DNA of 64,000 bases from an uncultured Acidobacteriota bacterium (GTDB lineage Bacteria; Acidobacteriota; Terriglobia; Terriglobales; Acidobacteriaceae): assembly GCA_963737095.1 (NCBI GenBank), contig CAVTRK010000003.1, forward strand, positions 74,222-138,221, read 5' to 3'. This document shows positions 7,665 through 17,059 of the stretch, piece after piece. A program made the translations under genes and the position numbers. Each line of letters opens with the position of its first letter. The first letter of the stretch is position 1. Below the pieces are notes generated by a model. That model had not been told where the DNA came from, ran no database searches, and worked only from the letters and a program-made list of their open reading frames with translations.

Positions 7665-9518
7665 TTAGGCGCGAATGCTGAAACGGTGACCGTCGTAGAT
7701 GGGATAGTTGCGTGAACTGACTGCGATGGTTGATTGTCCCGCCGGTAGAGCATTCCATGAATTGGTGCTCTCATTGACCCGCGTCAAATTACCCAAAGGG
7801 GTGCGACCCTCGCTTTGCTGCGAGCCTTGTCCCTGCGATCCTGAACCCGCCTGGCCGCCTGTCAGCGACGATTCCACATGCACCTGCTGCACCCCGGCGC
7901 GATGCTCCTGCAAATACGTCGCCATGGTGGGCAGCACAGACGTTAAAGCCGCGTGGCTGGCCGCCGAGTTGGCGGTTAAGGCTGCAGCGATTTGTCCAGA
8001 AACTCGTTCGGCTCGAACTTCCACCCAACCCAACGATGGATCGGCAATGCCAATGTCAACCTGATGCGGCGCGACGTGCAACAAGACTCCCCTCTCTCCG
8101 GAAGCCGCGCTGTCCAAAGCTGTAAATGCATCGGCAGTCGTTGCGCGCGGGGGTGTCGAACCGGTCAGGGGCGAGGAAAGACCTCCAGACGGGCTGGAAT
8201 GGCCGACGGGGGAGAAGACGCTGGAGCCGTTTTGCAATCCCGCGCTTGCATCCCCGGGCACTGCATGCGCATTCTGTGAATCTTTCGTCGCCGATCCGGG
8301 CGTGGAAATCGCAGCCGAAACACTGGCGCTTCGCAAGCCATCCTTTGTATCCATGGAGGGTGTCGCTGCGTTGCTGTTACTGCCGGTTGAATCTTTCGCG
8401 GAATAGTTCTGGTTGCCGATAGGACTGGCGGCCACGGGATCCGAGGAGTTCGCGGTGTCGGCAACATTCTTTACCATTCCGCTCGTTTGCGGTTGCGCTG
8501 AAACTCCATCGCCATGGAATGCGGCCTGACTTGCGCCTGCATTTGCTGAGGGGTTCTCATTTTGAGCGGGATCCGTATTCGAAGTCGGACTGGAACTTGC
8601 ATCCTCTTTCAGGACTCCGTGGTAAGGGAATTGATCGTGCATTGCGGACATACCGTCGATGGAAGTGCCGGAGCCATGCGCCGATGTCTCGGCCGTGACT
8701 AGGGTCGCATCCACTTGCGGGTTGCGAGCGTGTAACCGAGAACTTGCAGCTCCAGTCGAAACATCGCCGGATTGAATTTGCGAGGAAACCTGGTCATCCT
8801 TACTGTGCGCCGCGCTCTTTTCAGCTGGCAAAGTGGCGACCAGCATGCCTGGCAAGATCGGCGGCTCAGTGGAATTCGCGATCGACATCTGTGCAGAAAT
8901 CGCAGACGTGCCCGAAGGGTTCTGACTTCCATTCACTTCTTTGGGGACCGGAGTTGATTTGCGCGCATTCACTCCGGGGGATGTTTCCGTTTCTTCGTTG
9001 CTTGACTTAACCCTCTGTGGCGTCGCCGCGATGGACTGATCCGCAGCACTCACATCGACAGTAGGTGAAGCCACCGCTGCGCCCACCGTTGACGACATAT
9101 CGCCATTCAGGTCCGCAGAGGAGGAAGATGCAATGGCGGATGATTCGACACTTCGGCCGTCAATTTCTCCCGCTGAGCCTGCCGCTTCAACCCCTGTGGC
9201 GTTGGATGGCAGCGAGGCCGCTGCTTGCGAGCGCGTCGATTTGATTCCCGCATGCATGGCGATCGGATTGGACGGTTGACGCGTAGCAGTGGATACACCT
9301 GCAGCGTTGGGATGTGACTGTTTCGTCTCTGTCGTCCGTGCCGGGGAAACTGCGGCACGCATCACTTCAGCGAAAGGGCGACCGGGCTCGCCACCGGGGG
9401 AAACCGGTCTCGCGGCTACCGGCATCGCGGGGTGAGGAGAGGCAACGTCCATCGCATGGATTGCATTCATGCAAACACATTCTCCAAATGCAGAGGTTGT
9501 GTGCAGATGACGTGCCAA
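7665..9518 (-). CDS. fliK: Hook-length control protein FliK (long low-complexity N-terminal part)
   Basis: The C-terminal region (LLHVAPHQVDIGIADPSLGWVEVRAERVSGQIAAALTANSAASHAALTSVLPTMATYLQEHRAGV) looks like the Flg_hook/FliK C-domain. Its position after fliJ fits. The start could be 9518, 9470 or 9452. Confidence 0.7.
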   Translation of the reverse strand: MARHLHTTSAFGECVCMNAIHAMDVASPHPAMPVAARPVSPGGEPGRPFAEVMRAAVSPARTTETKQSHPNAAGVSTATRQPSNPIAMHAGIKSTRSQAAASLPSNATGVEAAGSAGEIDGRSVESSAIASSSSADLNGDMSSTVGAAVASPTVDVSAADQSIAATPQRVKSSNEETETSPGVNARKSTPVPKEVNGSQNPSGTSAISAQMSIANSTEPPILPGMLVATLPAEKSAAHSKDDQVSSQIQSGDVSTGAASSRLHARNPQVDATLVTAETSAHGSGTSIDGMSAMHDQFPYHGVLKEDASSSPTSNTDPAQNENPSANAGASQAAFHGDGVSAQPQTSGMVKNVADTANSSDPVAASPIGNQNYSAKDSTGSNSNAATPSMDTKDGLRSASVSAAISTPGSATKDSQNAHAVPGDASAGLQNGSSVFSPVGHSSPSGGLSSPLTGSTPPRATTADAFTALDSAASGERGVLLHVAPHQVDIGIADPSLGWVEVRAERVSGQIAAALTANSAASHAALTSVLPTMATYLQEHRAGVQQVHVESSLTGGQAGSGSQGQGSQQSEGRTPLGNLTRVNESTNSWNALPAGQSTIAVSSRNYPIYDGHRFSIRA

Positions 9519-9589
9519 AGGTAATTCCAGCAGATGAGAGATGGATAAGGATTGGCTTAGAATTGCCGATGAACGCGTTCGGTCGTCAA

Positions 9590-10147
9590 TCAGCTTTCAT
9601 CGCGAGAATGATTCCGGGGTGGAACGGGAGTGGTGCGACGAAGCTCTCGGTGTTGTCGCATCCGGCTTCGCTGTGAAAACCATTCATCCGTCTCGGCCTG
9701 GGCGCGACGATTTTTTTCCATGACTTCCCTGCCCGCATGTTGTTCCAGCAGCTGCTCGGTCTGACGAAGTTCGCGACGGCGCTCAGTGTAGACGGCAATC
9801 AATGGCTCCATTCGAGCGAGTTCTATTTCACGAAGTTGTTCCAGGCGCAGTCGCCTCCAACCAAAGAATTCAAGGACAGCTTCTTCCATCAGCCAGCCTT
9901 TTTCCTTCGCAACTTCACCGGCATTATCTTCCTTGAGGGCAGACGTTCCTTTCATCGACAGTCCGTCGTGCTGCCCAGATTTCCAGCTTGCGGCGAGGGT
10001 GAAGCGCTGCTCGTGTTCCAAGGTCGATTGTTGGGCGCATGCCTCGGAGACCTGGCGAGCGCGTTGCGCCGCGCGTTCGACTTCCAGGCGCGCCTGTTCT
10101 TCCGCCAGTTGTCGAATCCGCAAAATGCGCTGCAGGGCTTTTGCCAT
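9590..10147 (-). CDS. fliJ: FliJ-like coiled-coil export chaperone
   Basis: Charged heptad-rich protein (MAKALQRILRIRQLAEEQARLEVERAAQRARQ...) immediately after fliI. An SD GGGAGA lies 9 nt upstream of ATG 10147. The call rests mainly on position and composition. Confidence 0.5.
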   Translation of the reverse strand: MAKALQRILRIRQLAEEQARLEVERAAQRARQVSEACAQQSTLEHEQRFTLAASWKSGQHDGLSMKGTSALKEDNAGEVAKEKGWLMEEAVLEFFGWRRLRLEQLREIELARMEPLIAVYTERRRELRQTEQLLEQHAGREVMEKNRRAQAETDEWFSQRSRMRQHRELRRTTPVPPRNHSRDES

Positions 10148-10165
10148 GTAATAAAGTCTCCCCAA

Positions 10166-11768
10166 TCAAATCTGCAGCGCCAACATCTGGCTGAAGGTTT
10201 GTTCGAAGGAGGATCGCTCCTCCGGTTTCTGCTCCAGAAAGGCGCGAAGTTTTTGGCGCGCTGCCAGGGCCCGATCCAGATCAGGATCGGAGCCGGCCTT
10301 GTATGCTCCTATGCGCACCAGATCTTCCGATCGCGCATAGGAGGAGAGCAGTTGCCGAATCAACATGGCGCGTTCGCGATGCTCCGGCGTGGTGACCGCC
10401 GGCATCAAGCGGCTGATCGACTCCAGGACATCGACCGGCGGATACCATCCCTCCGATGCCATGGCGCGGGAGAGCACAATGTGTCCATCGAGAAACGATC
10501 GTGCTGCGTCCACCAGGGGATCCTGCAGATCGTCGCCCTCCATCAGTACGGTGTAAAACGCGGTGATGCTGCCCGCCGCATATTGTCCGGCACGCTCAAT
10601 CAGTCGAGCCATGCGGCGAAACACAGACGGCGTGTACCCGCGCGCGGTGGGCGGTTCGCCGGCAGCTAGGCCGATCTCCCGCGCCGCCATCGCATAGCGC
10701 GTCAAGGAGTCGAGCACCAGCAGCACATGCTTTCCTTGCGCCGCATAAAATTCGGCAATCGAGGTGGCCGCCATCGCCGCCCTCATCCGCAGCAGCGGAG
10801 ATTGGTCGCTGGTTGAAACCAATACCACAGAGCGTTTGCGGCCCTGCTCGCCAAGACTGTCTTCAAGAAATTCGCGAACTTCCCGACCTCGCTCACCGAC
10901 CAGTCCCACCACCGTCAAATCGGCGGCGGTATTGCGCGTCATCATGCCGATCAAGGTGCTTTTCCCCACGCCCGAGCCGCCGAAGATGCCCAGTCGTTGC
11001 CCGCGACCCACGGTAAGCAGACCGTCGATGGCGCGCAGCCCGGTGCCGAGCCGAGTCTGAATGGGAACTCGATCCATAGGTTGCGGAATCGCTCGTTCGA
11101 GTGGGTAGCTTTCCCGCGTGCGCAACCGTGGACCGCCATCGAGCGGGTAACCTTGAGCATTCAATACCCGACCCAGCAGATCATCTCCCACGTCGATGGA
11201 AGGTGTGTCGCCCAATGCCGCCACGCTATCTCCGAAGCGGATGCCATCCGAGGAATCGAGGGTCATCGACAGAACATGCGGACCGCGAAAGCCAATGACC
11301 TCACCGGGGTGGCTGTTTCCTTCGCGATCGAGAATTTCACAGCATTCACCGACGGAACAAAATGGGCCTTCCGACTCAATGGTCTGACCGGTGGCTTCGA
11401 GGACGCGTCCATGCCAGCGCCAGGCAGGCCGCTTTTCCAGGCGTCGAAAATATGCGCTTAGAATTGGCTCGTTTTCGCACGATGATTGGGCGTGGTCCGC
11501 TTCATGTTGCGGGCTGCCGTTTTCGTCTGCCGGCCCGTTCCATCGCGGGGAGTAGCCCTCAACATTGTCGTCAGAGGAATTCGGCTGCCAGCGATCCGCT
11601 TCAAAAATATCCCCCGCTGCAGCGCGATTCGAGTTCCTCGGACGCAGGCTCGGTCGATAACGAGTCTTTCTGCCGACGCTCTTTCGGATCGCGCAGCGGA
11701 CGAATGGCCGGCTGAAATAGAGAGATCGCATCCACTCCCAATCCTTCCGGCAGCATGGGATCCGACAT
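10166..11768 (-). CDS. fliI: Flagellar export ATPase FliI; the N-terminal extension appears frameshifted at a C5/G5 run (11611-11615)
   Basis: Walker A (FGGSGVGKSTLIGMM), Walker B (VLLVLDSLTRYAMAAREI) and the N-terminal beta-barrel (WHGRVLEATGQTIESEGP) are present. The only well-placed SD/ATG after fliH is at 11768, in a different frame that joins fliI if one G is removed. An in-frame ATG also exists at 11731. Confidence 0.85.
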
Positions 11769-11813
11769 CGCTTTCTCTCCTTCCACTCACGAGAAATGAA
11801 CGCCTGGCTCGAT

Positions 11814-12671
11814 CTAAACCGCGCTGCGTGGCAATGCCGTGGCAGTATTTGTACTCGATTCGGCAGGGCGGCGGTCCAGGAGATCGAAAAAGCCTTTCTC
11901 AATCTCTTCCAGCTGCGCTCTCACTCCCAGCTCAATCGTGCCCAGTTCGGTTACCAACATGCACTCACCTGGAGTGAGCGAAGGATCTTCCAGAATTCCC
12001 GGCTGGATCCTCACATTATTTCCCACGCGAAAGAACTCTTTCCACGTCTCAACCTCTCGTGGTGGAACCCGCATGACAACATGGCTGGAATCGCCCAGCT
12101 TCTCCAGCGCCACTCGAACGGCGCCGGTAAGTAGCAGTGGATCGAGATTTGCTTCGCGGTGCAGCACTCGCGACGCAATGGCCAGGGCGAGCCGCACAAC
12201 TTCTCCCTCGACATTATGAAAGTAGATCTGCCGTTCAAGGCGGAATTGCTCGAGTGACTGAGCCAATTGCGCTTGTAGCCTTTGCTGTCCGGAGTTGAGT
12301 TGCTGTTCCACGGCATGGCGTTCCTCGCGACGGCCCTGCTCAAGAGCGGCAGCGACAGCCTGCGCCGTAGCGGCTCGTTCGTCCTGCAAGCGCCGCTCGA
12401 GCTCAGCTATTGCGCGATGCGCATCGCTCTGCGGGTCGGGCCGTCCATCCGTCGCTCGCGAATTCTCCGAGCCGGAAAACCCATCCACGTGATCGGGGAA
12501 CATAGCAACCCAGGCGTTGGCGGATTTCGCTCCGTGGTGAGAAGTCTTTGCCGACGAATCGTCCAGCGTCCTCGCAGGCTGTGCGCTGGGGTACTGCAGC
12601 CGTTCCAGAACTGGCAGACCAACAGAATCGGCGTCCTGGCTGTCTGCGCGGATTACTCGTGTCGCTGCCAC
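11814..12671 (-). CDS. fliH: FliH, regulator of the FliI ATPase
   Basis: The C-terminal half (RLERQIYFHNVEGEVVRLALAIASRVLHREANLDPLLLTGAVRVALEKL...) is FliH/YscL-like. GTG start with SD GAGGAA. Its position between fliG and fliI fits. Confidence 0.75.
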   Translation of the reverse strand: MAATRVIRADSQDADSVGLPVLERLQYPSAQPARTLDDSSAKTSHHGAKSANAWVAMFPDHVDGFSGSENSRATDGRPDPQSDAHRAIAELERRLQDERAATAQAVAAALEQGRREERHAVEQQLNSGQQRLQAQLAQSLEQFRLERQIYFHNVEGEVVRLALAIASRVLHREANLDPLLLTGAVRVALEKLGDSSHVVMRVPPREVETWKEFFRVGNNVRIQPGILEDPSLTPGECMLVTELGTIELGVRAQLEEIEKGFFDLLDRRPAESSTNTATALPRSAV

Positions 12672-12769
12672 TCTAGTTCCTCTTTCTTCCTCAGATTTCT
12701 TCCAAAGATGGTCGCTTGCCGCTCGGGCGCGACACGCAAGTCACCCAACCCGCGGCAATCTCCGGCTCC

Positions 12770-13864
12770 CTACACCATCAGGTCATCCTCTTTTTCGGTG
12801 GCGAGGATCAACTTACCTTCAGCTTCCAGCTTTCTTGCAAGAACCAGGATCTCCTGCTGCCCGGCCATCACTTCCCGCACGCGCACTGGACCAAGGACCT
12901 CCATATCTTCCTGCAGCATCTCGATGGCGCGCGAGCTGAGCGCCTTGAACAGATGCGCCTTCAATTCAGGATTGGCGCCCTTCAATGCCAGCGCCAGTTG
13001 CTTCTTATCGACCTGGGAAATCAATTCTCGAATACTGGCAGCGGGCACAGTCACCAGGTCTTCAAACGTAAACATCAAATTGCGAATGTTGATGGCTAAC
13101 TGCGGATCATCCTTTTCGATTTGTTCCAGAATCGATTTCGCGGCCATGGCGTCCAGCCGATTCAGCAGGTCAGCGACGCTCTTGAATCCCGAGTAGGATT
13201 TGCGATGCGTGTCTCCCAATGAGAGCAGTCGTTTGTGCAGCACCAGAGCCACTTTCTGCGCCATTTCCGGAGAAAACTGCTGCATCTCCGCAAGCCGTCG
13301 GATGGAGTCGACTCGTTGTCCTTCGGCAAGTTCCTGCAGCACCTGCGACGCTCGCTTAGGATCGAGGTGAGCCAGCACCAGCGCCACCGTCTGCGGATGT
13401 TCCCCTTCCAGAAACTTGCTGAGCTGGTGCGGGTCCACCTCCTGCAACATCGCCAGGTCGCCATGCTGGGCCTCTTGCGCATTCTTAACCTGGCTCAACA
13501 AATCGCCGGCGCGCTGTTTGCCGAAGGTATCCACCAGCAATTTGGTGGCATACTCCAACCCCCCGTGCACCATGTACTGCTGAGTCTCGATCAGCTCGTA
13601 AAACTCTTCCAGCACTGCGCTCGCTACCTCGGGGCTGACGTCCCGCACCGAGGCGATTTCTTCTGTCAATAACTGCAGTTCCTGTTCAGAAAGATTTTGA
13701 TAGATCGACCGGGCCAGTTCGTCCCCGATCGTAATCATCAGCACCGCAGCCTTGCGCAGCGGAGTGAGATTCTTGAGCGGAGACTTATCCTTGATTTCCG
13801 TAGCAAGCGGCGGCGCCACTGTCTCCTGCACCGCAATCTGCGGAACTGTAGTTGCTGTCGCCAT
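12770..13864 (-). CDS. fliG: Flagellar rotor/switch protein FliG
   Basis: Recognised from LTPLRKAAVLMITIGDELARSIYQNLSEQELQLLTEEIA, FLEGEHPQTVALVLAHL and the C-terminal RVREVMAGQQEILVLARKLEAEGKL. An SD GGAAGGAGA lies 9 nt upstream of ATG 13864. The track start 13873 is a TTG. Confidence 0.9.
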   Translation of the reverse strand: MATATTVPQIAVQETVAPPLATEIKDKSPLKNLTPLRKAAVLMITIGDELARSIYQNLSEQELQLLTEEIASVRDVSPEVASAVLEEFYELIETQQYMVHGGLEYATKLLVDTFGKQRAGDLLSQVKNAQEAQHGDLAMLQEVDPHQLSKFLEGEHPQTVALVLAHLDPKRASQVLQELAEGQRVDSIRRLAEMQQFSPEMAQKVALVLHKRLLSLGDTHRKSYSGFKSVADLLNRLDAMAAKSILEQIEKDDPQLAINIRNLMFTFEDLVTVPAASIRELISQVDKKQLALALKGANPELKAHLFKALSSRAIEMLQEDMEVLGPVRVREVMAGQQEILVLARKLEAEGKLILATEKEDDLMV

Positions 13865-13951
13865 CGATCCCAATCTCCTTCCACCCTTATCTCAATAGCG
13901 TGCTGAATCACTGTGGGAGCATCCGCTTGCGACCGACCTAACGCAGCGCCG

Positions 13952-15598
13952 TCAAGACTTGTGCGCCGACCGGACCCAACTCTGTAAGAGCCGAGTGCCT
14001 TGCTGCGGCTCTTTTTTTACGTAGTCTGAAACGTGATCGAACAGGACCTGCGCCCGCGCCTGCTGACGCTCGAAACTTAATTCCTCCGTCTGATCCAGAT
14101 GGGCTGCCCCCGAGGCGGACTTCAGCTGCGGCGCCTGGCCACCGGCGGCAGACATAGTCTGCACCGAGGAGCTGAGTTGTTTGATCTGGGCAAGCACCGG
14201 CCGCACGATGAAGATCAGTACCATCAGGAACACGACGAACAGGACTCCATATCGCACCAACCCCATGCTGTCTCCAACGTGATCGATCAAGCGCGTGGCC
14301 ATGTTGGACGTGACCGGGTTGGCATTGTCGGCGAAGGCAAGGTTCTGCACCGTCAACTGGTCGCCTCGAGCCGCATCAATCCCCACCGCGGCCTGCGCCA
14401 GTTGCTGGATCTCATGCATCTCGGCCGGAGTTCGCGCCACCCAGGTGACATGCTTGCCATCGGCGGAACGGACCATGCGATCGTTGATTAGGATGGCGGA
14501 TGTTAACCGCCGCAGGCGTCCCGGTCCCTGCACCCGATGGTGCACCGCTTTGCTGACCGCATAGCTGTCTTGTTCGCGTTTGCTGTTCTGCTGTGGTGTG
14601 GCCTGTTGCGGGTAGACCGGCTTCGCATTGGGAGCGTTGCTGGCGGTCCCGGGCACCCCGCCCACCGCGGGAAGATTTCCCGAACTGGCTTCGGTGCGAT
14701 CGGTGGAAAGCGTTACAACCTTGCTGGGATCGTAGACTTCATCGACATCATCTTCGCTGCTGGAATCAAAGTCCGCTGTGACCGAGGCTCGGACATTGTT
14801 CTCGCCCGCAATCGGCATCAGCGTTGCCAGCACTTTGTTGGTGAGCAACTGCTCGTACTGGGCCTCTTCCGCACCGGCGGACTTGGGGCCAAATTGCTGC
14901 CGCCCATCGGCGTCGACCAGTGTCACTTGACTGGCCTTTAACGTATCGACCGCTCCTGCCACCAGGCTGCGAATCGATTGCGCTTCCTCCTCGCTCAAAG
15001 AGCGCCGTAATTTCAATACCACACTGGCCTTTGCATTGCGCTGATCATCGGTGAACAGCGAATCGTGAGGCAAAACTAGATTGACCCTTGCCTCCTGCAC
15101 CGCATTCAGGGAATCAATCGTATGATCCAGCTCCCCTTCGAGGGCTCTCTGATAGTTCACGCGCTCATCAAATTCCGAGCCCACCCAGTTTGGTTTATCG
15201 AAGATTTCGAATCCCATGCGGCCACTCGACGGCAAGCCCCGTCCGGCAATAGCCAGCCGCGCTTTGTTCAATGAAACCTCGGGAACGCGAATCGCAGTAC
15301 CGTCCGGAGTCAAATCATAAGGAATGTTGGCCTGCATCAATTCCTGTTCTACCTGCTGCGCATCCCGCGCCTCCAGGCCGCTCATCAACACCCGCATATC
15401 CGGCCGGATGGCCAGCCATATCATGCCACCACCGACCGCCAGCAGCACCGCGAGCGATGTCATCCATCCCCAGCGCTGGCGGGGAGACATGCTGCCGAAG
15501 CGCGCTCGTAACGCCTGCGTATTCGCGGTCAGCCGCTCTTCAATCCCTGTCTTAACCAGGGCGGAGGAGGGCGGCGGGGTTGTCGTTTTTTCTGCCAT
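13952..15598 (-). CDS. fliF: Flagellar MS-ring protein FliF
   Basis: 548 aa. N-terminal TM (WMTSLAVLLAVGGGMIWLAI), a YscJ/FliF ring region (LMSGLEARDAQQVEQELMQANIPYDL...ARLAIAGRGLP), a second TM (VLFVVFLMVLIFIV) and a C-terminal FliG-binding tail. Confidence 0.9.
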   Translation of the reverse strand: MAEKTTTPPPSSALVKTGIEERLTANTQALRARFGSMSPRQRWGWMTSLAVLLAVGGGMIWLAIRPDMRVLMSGLEARDAQQVEQELMQANIPYDLTPDGTAIRVPEVSLNKARLAIAGRGLPSSGRMGFEIFDKPNWVGSEFDERVNYQRALEGELDHTIDSLNAVQEARVNLVLPHDSLFTDDQRNAKASVVLKLRRSLSEEEAQSIRSLVAGAVDTLKASQVTLVDADGRQQFGPKSAGAEEAQYEQLLTNKVLATLMPIAGENNVRASVTADFDSSSEDDVDEVYDPSKVVTLSTDRTEASSGNLPAVGGVPGTASNAPNAKPVYPQQATPQQNSKREQDSYAVSKAVHHRVQGPGRLRRLTSAILINDRMVRSADGKHVTWVARTPAEMHEIQQLAQAAVGIDAARGDQLTVQNLAFADNANPVTSNMATRLIDHVGDSMGLVRYGVLFVVFLMVLIFIVRPVLAQIKQLSSSVQTMSAAGGQAPQLKSASGAAHLDQTEELSFERQQARAQVLFDHVSDYVKKEPQQGTRLLQSWVRSAHKS

Positions 15599-15629
15599 TA
15601 TGTCTCGTGTCTACTGGTGAATCGCAAAC

Positions 15630-15962
15630 TCAAAATTGCAGCCCCATCAACTGCTGGTAGGCGGCGACCGCTTTGTTGCGAAAGGCCACCATCATCTCAA
15701 ATCCGAGGTTGGCTTTTTCGGTCGCGATCATTGCGGTGTGTACGTCGACGCCCTGGCCGGACAACAGTCCGGTCACTGTGTTGGCCGCATTCGTTTCCAA
15801 TTGCTGTGTCTTGCCGATCGCATCCTGCAACAAACCGGCGAAGGGCGTCGGATACGATAGCGAGGCATCGCTACTGCCGGAAATTCCGGCTGTTCCCTTC
15901 ATCGTCCCAACATCCGCCATCACCCGCTGCGCGGCCGCCTGAATCCCCGGGATTGCTGTCAT
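15630..15962 (-). CDS. fliE: Hook-basal body protein FliE
   Basis: 110 aa with C-terminus VDVHTAMIATEKANLGFEMMVAFRNKAVAAYQQLMGLQF. A strong SD GGAGGAAGGG lies upstream. Confidence 0.85.
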   Translation of the reverse strand: MTAIPGIQAAAQRVMADVGTMKGTAGISGSSDASLSYPTPFAGLLQDAIGKTQQLETNAANTVTGLLSGQGVDVHTAMIATEKANLGFEMMVAFRNKAVAAYQQLMGLQF

Positions 15963-16017
15963 CGCATTACCCTTCCTCCGCGGGCTTCAAACCATCGCGG
16001 ATAAATATTTCTTTGCC

Positions 16018-16476
16018 CTACTTCAAAAGATCGAGCGTGGACGTAATCATGGACTTTGCCGCCGTGACTGCCGAAACGTTCATTCCATACGCGCGCTGCG
16101 CTCCCACCAGATCCACCATTTCCGTCAGCGGATTAATGTTGGGATAGGAAACGAAGCCCTTGGCATCCGCATCCGGATGGCCGGGATCGTATCGCTGCAA
16201 CGGAGCGGCCGTATCGCTGATCACAGCAGCCACTCGAACCCCATCGCCCACTTCCATCGACTGACCCTGCGAGTAGGAGGACAGCAGCGTGCTGGCAAAA
16301 TCCTGCGGCGTATCCACGGCGGAGCTCTGAAAGACAACATGCTGGCGCTGGTAAGGTTTTCCGCTCTCCGTGCGCGTGGTATTGGCATTGGCCATATTTG
16401 CGGCAACTACTTCGGCGCGAACTCTTTCTGCCTCCAGGGCTGAACCGCTGATATCCATTACGCCAAACAGATTCAT
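16018..16476 (-). CDS. flgC: Proximal rod protein FlgC
   Basis: MNLFGVMDISGSALEAERVRAEVVAANMANANTTRT... at the N-terminus and ...VDLVGAQRAYGMNVSAVTAAKSMITSTLDLLK at the C-terminus. Confidence 0.9.
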   Translation of the reverse strand: MNLFGVMDISGSALEAERVRAEVVAANMANANTTRTESGKPYQRQHVVFQSSAVDTPQDFASTLLSSYSQGQSMEVGDGVRVAAVISDTAAPLQRYDPGHPDADAKGFVSYPNINPLTEMVDLVGAQRAYGMNVSAVTAAKSMITSTLDLLK

Positions 16477-16509
16477 ACATTCCTCATGCGCCTGCGACGG
16501 TTAAGCTGC

Positions 16510-16914
16510 TTATTGTGCCTGGATGGCGCTGCGGATCACCGACAACTGTTCCTGCAGCAGCTCGATCCCGGTTTTGTAATCCAGTTGTTCCTTGGCCAGA
16601 TTCAGTCCTTCGCGATCCATCGAAACATCGTTTCCGTCTGGCCTTTCCAACAGTCCATCCACCTGCATGACCGTGGGCGTCCGATTGGCGAGCGAAGCGA
16701 CGGAGGTTTCTGCCGACTGGCCGTCGCTGCCATCCTGGCGTGCTGCCAGGGTTTGCGACGCAGCCGCAGAAAACTCAGCGGCAAAATCTATGCCGACGGC
16801 GCGATAGTTCGGCGTATCCAAGTTGGCGACATTACTGCTGGTCAGCTTGAATTGCGTACTCGTCAAATCCAGGAACTTTCCCAGTACATCTATTAAGGGC
16901 GTCGTAATCTCCAT
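16510..16914 (-). CDS. flgB: Proximal rod protein FlgB
   Basis: LTSSNVANLDTPNYRAVGIDF and EQLDYKTGIELLQEQLSVIRSAI are rod-protein motifs. An SD GGAGG lies 4 nt upstream of ATG 16914. The longer ORF to 17019 was trimmed. Confidence 0.85.
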   Translation of the reverse strand: MEITTPLIDVLGKFLDLTSTQFKLTSSNVANLDTPNYRAVGIDFAAEFSAAASQTLAARQDGSDGQSAETSVASLANRTPTVMQVDGLLERPDGNDVSMDREGLNLAKEQLDYKTGIELLQEQLSVIRSAIQAQ

Positions 16915-17059
16915 CGTTCCTCCAGCGGTTTGTCGTCGACAACGTCTACCGCCATGGCATACGAGCGAAAGTTTTTCCCGATTCGCTCTCAAGATTCGCT
17001 CCAATCCGTCGATGTGCAATTAGAACGACTAAAGTCGGGCACGGCGGATAAGAGAATCC

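Noticed and set aside
9737-10669. 310-aa plus-strand ORF
   Set aside because: It lies antisense to fliJ/fliI. Its Arg/Leu/Gln-rich composition has no motif, and the opposite strand carries unmistakable FliI Walker motifs.
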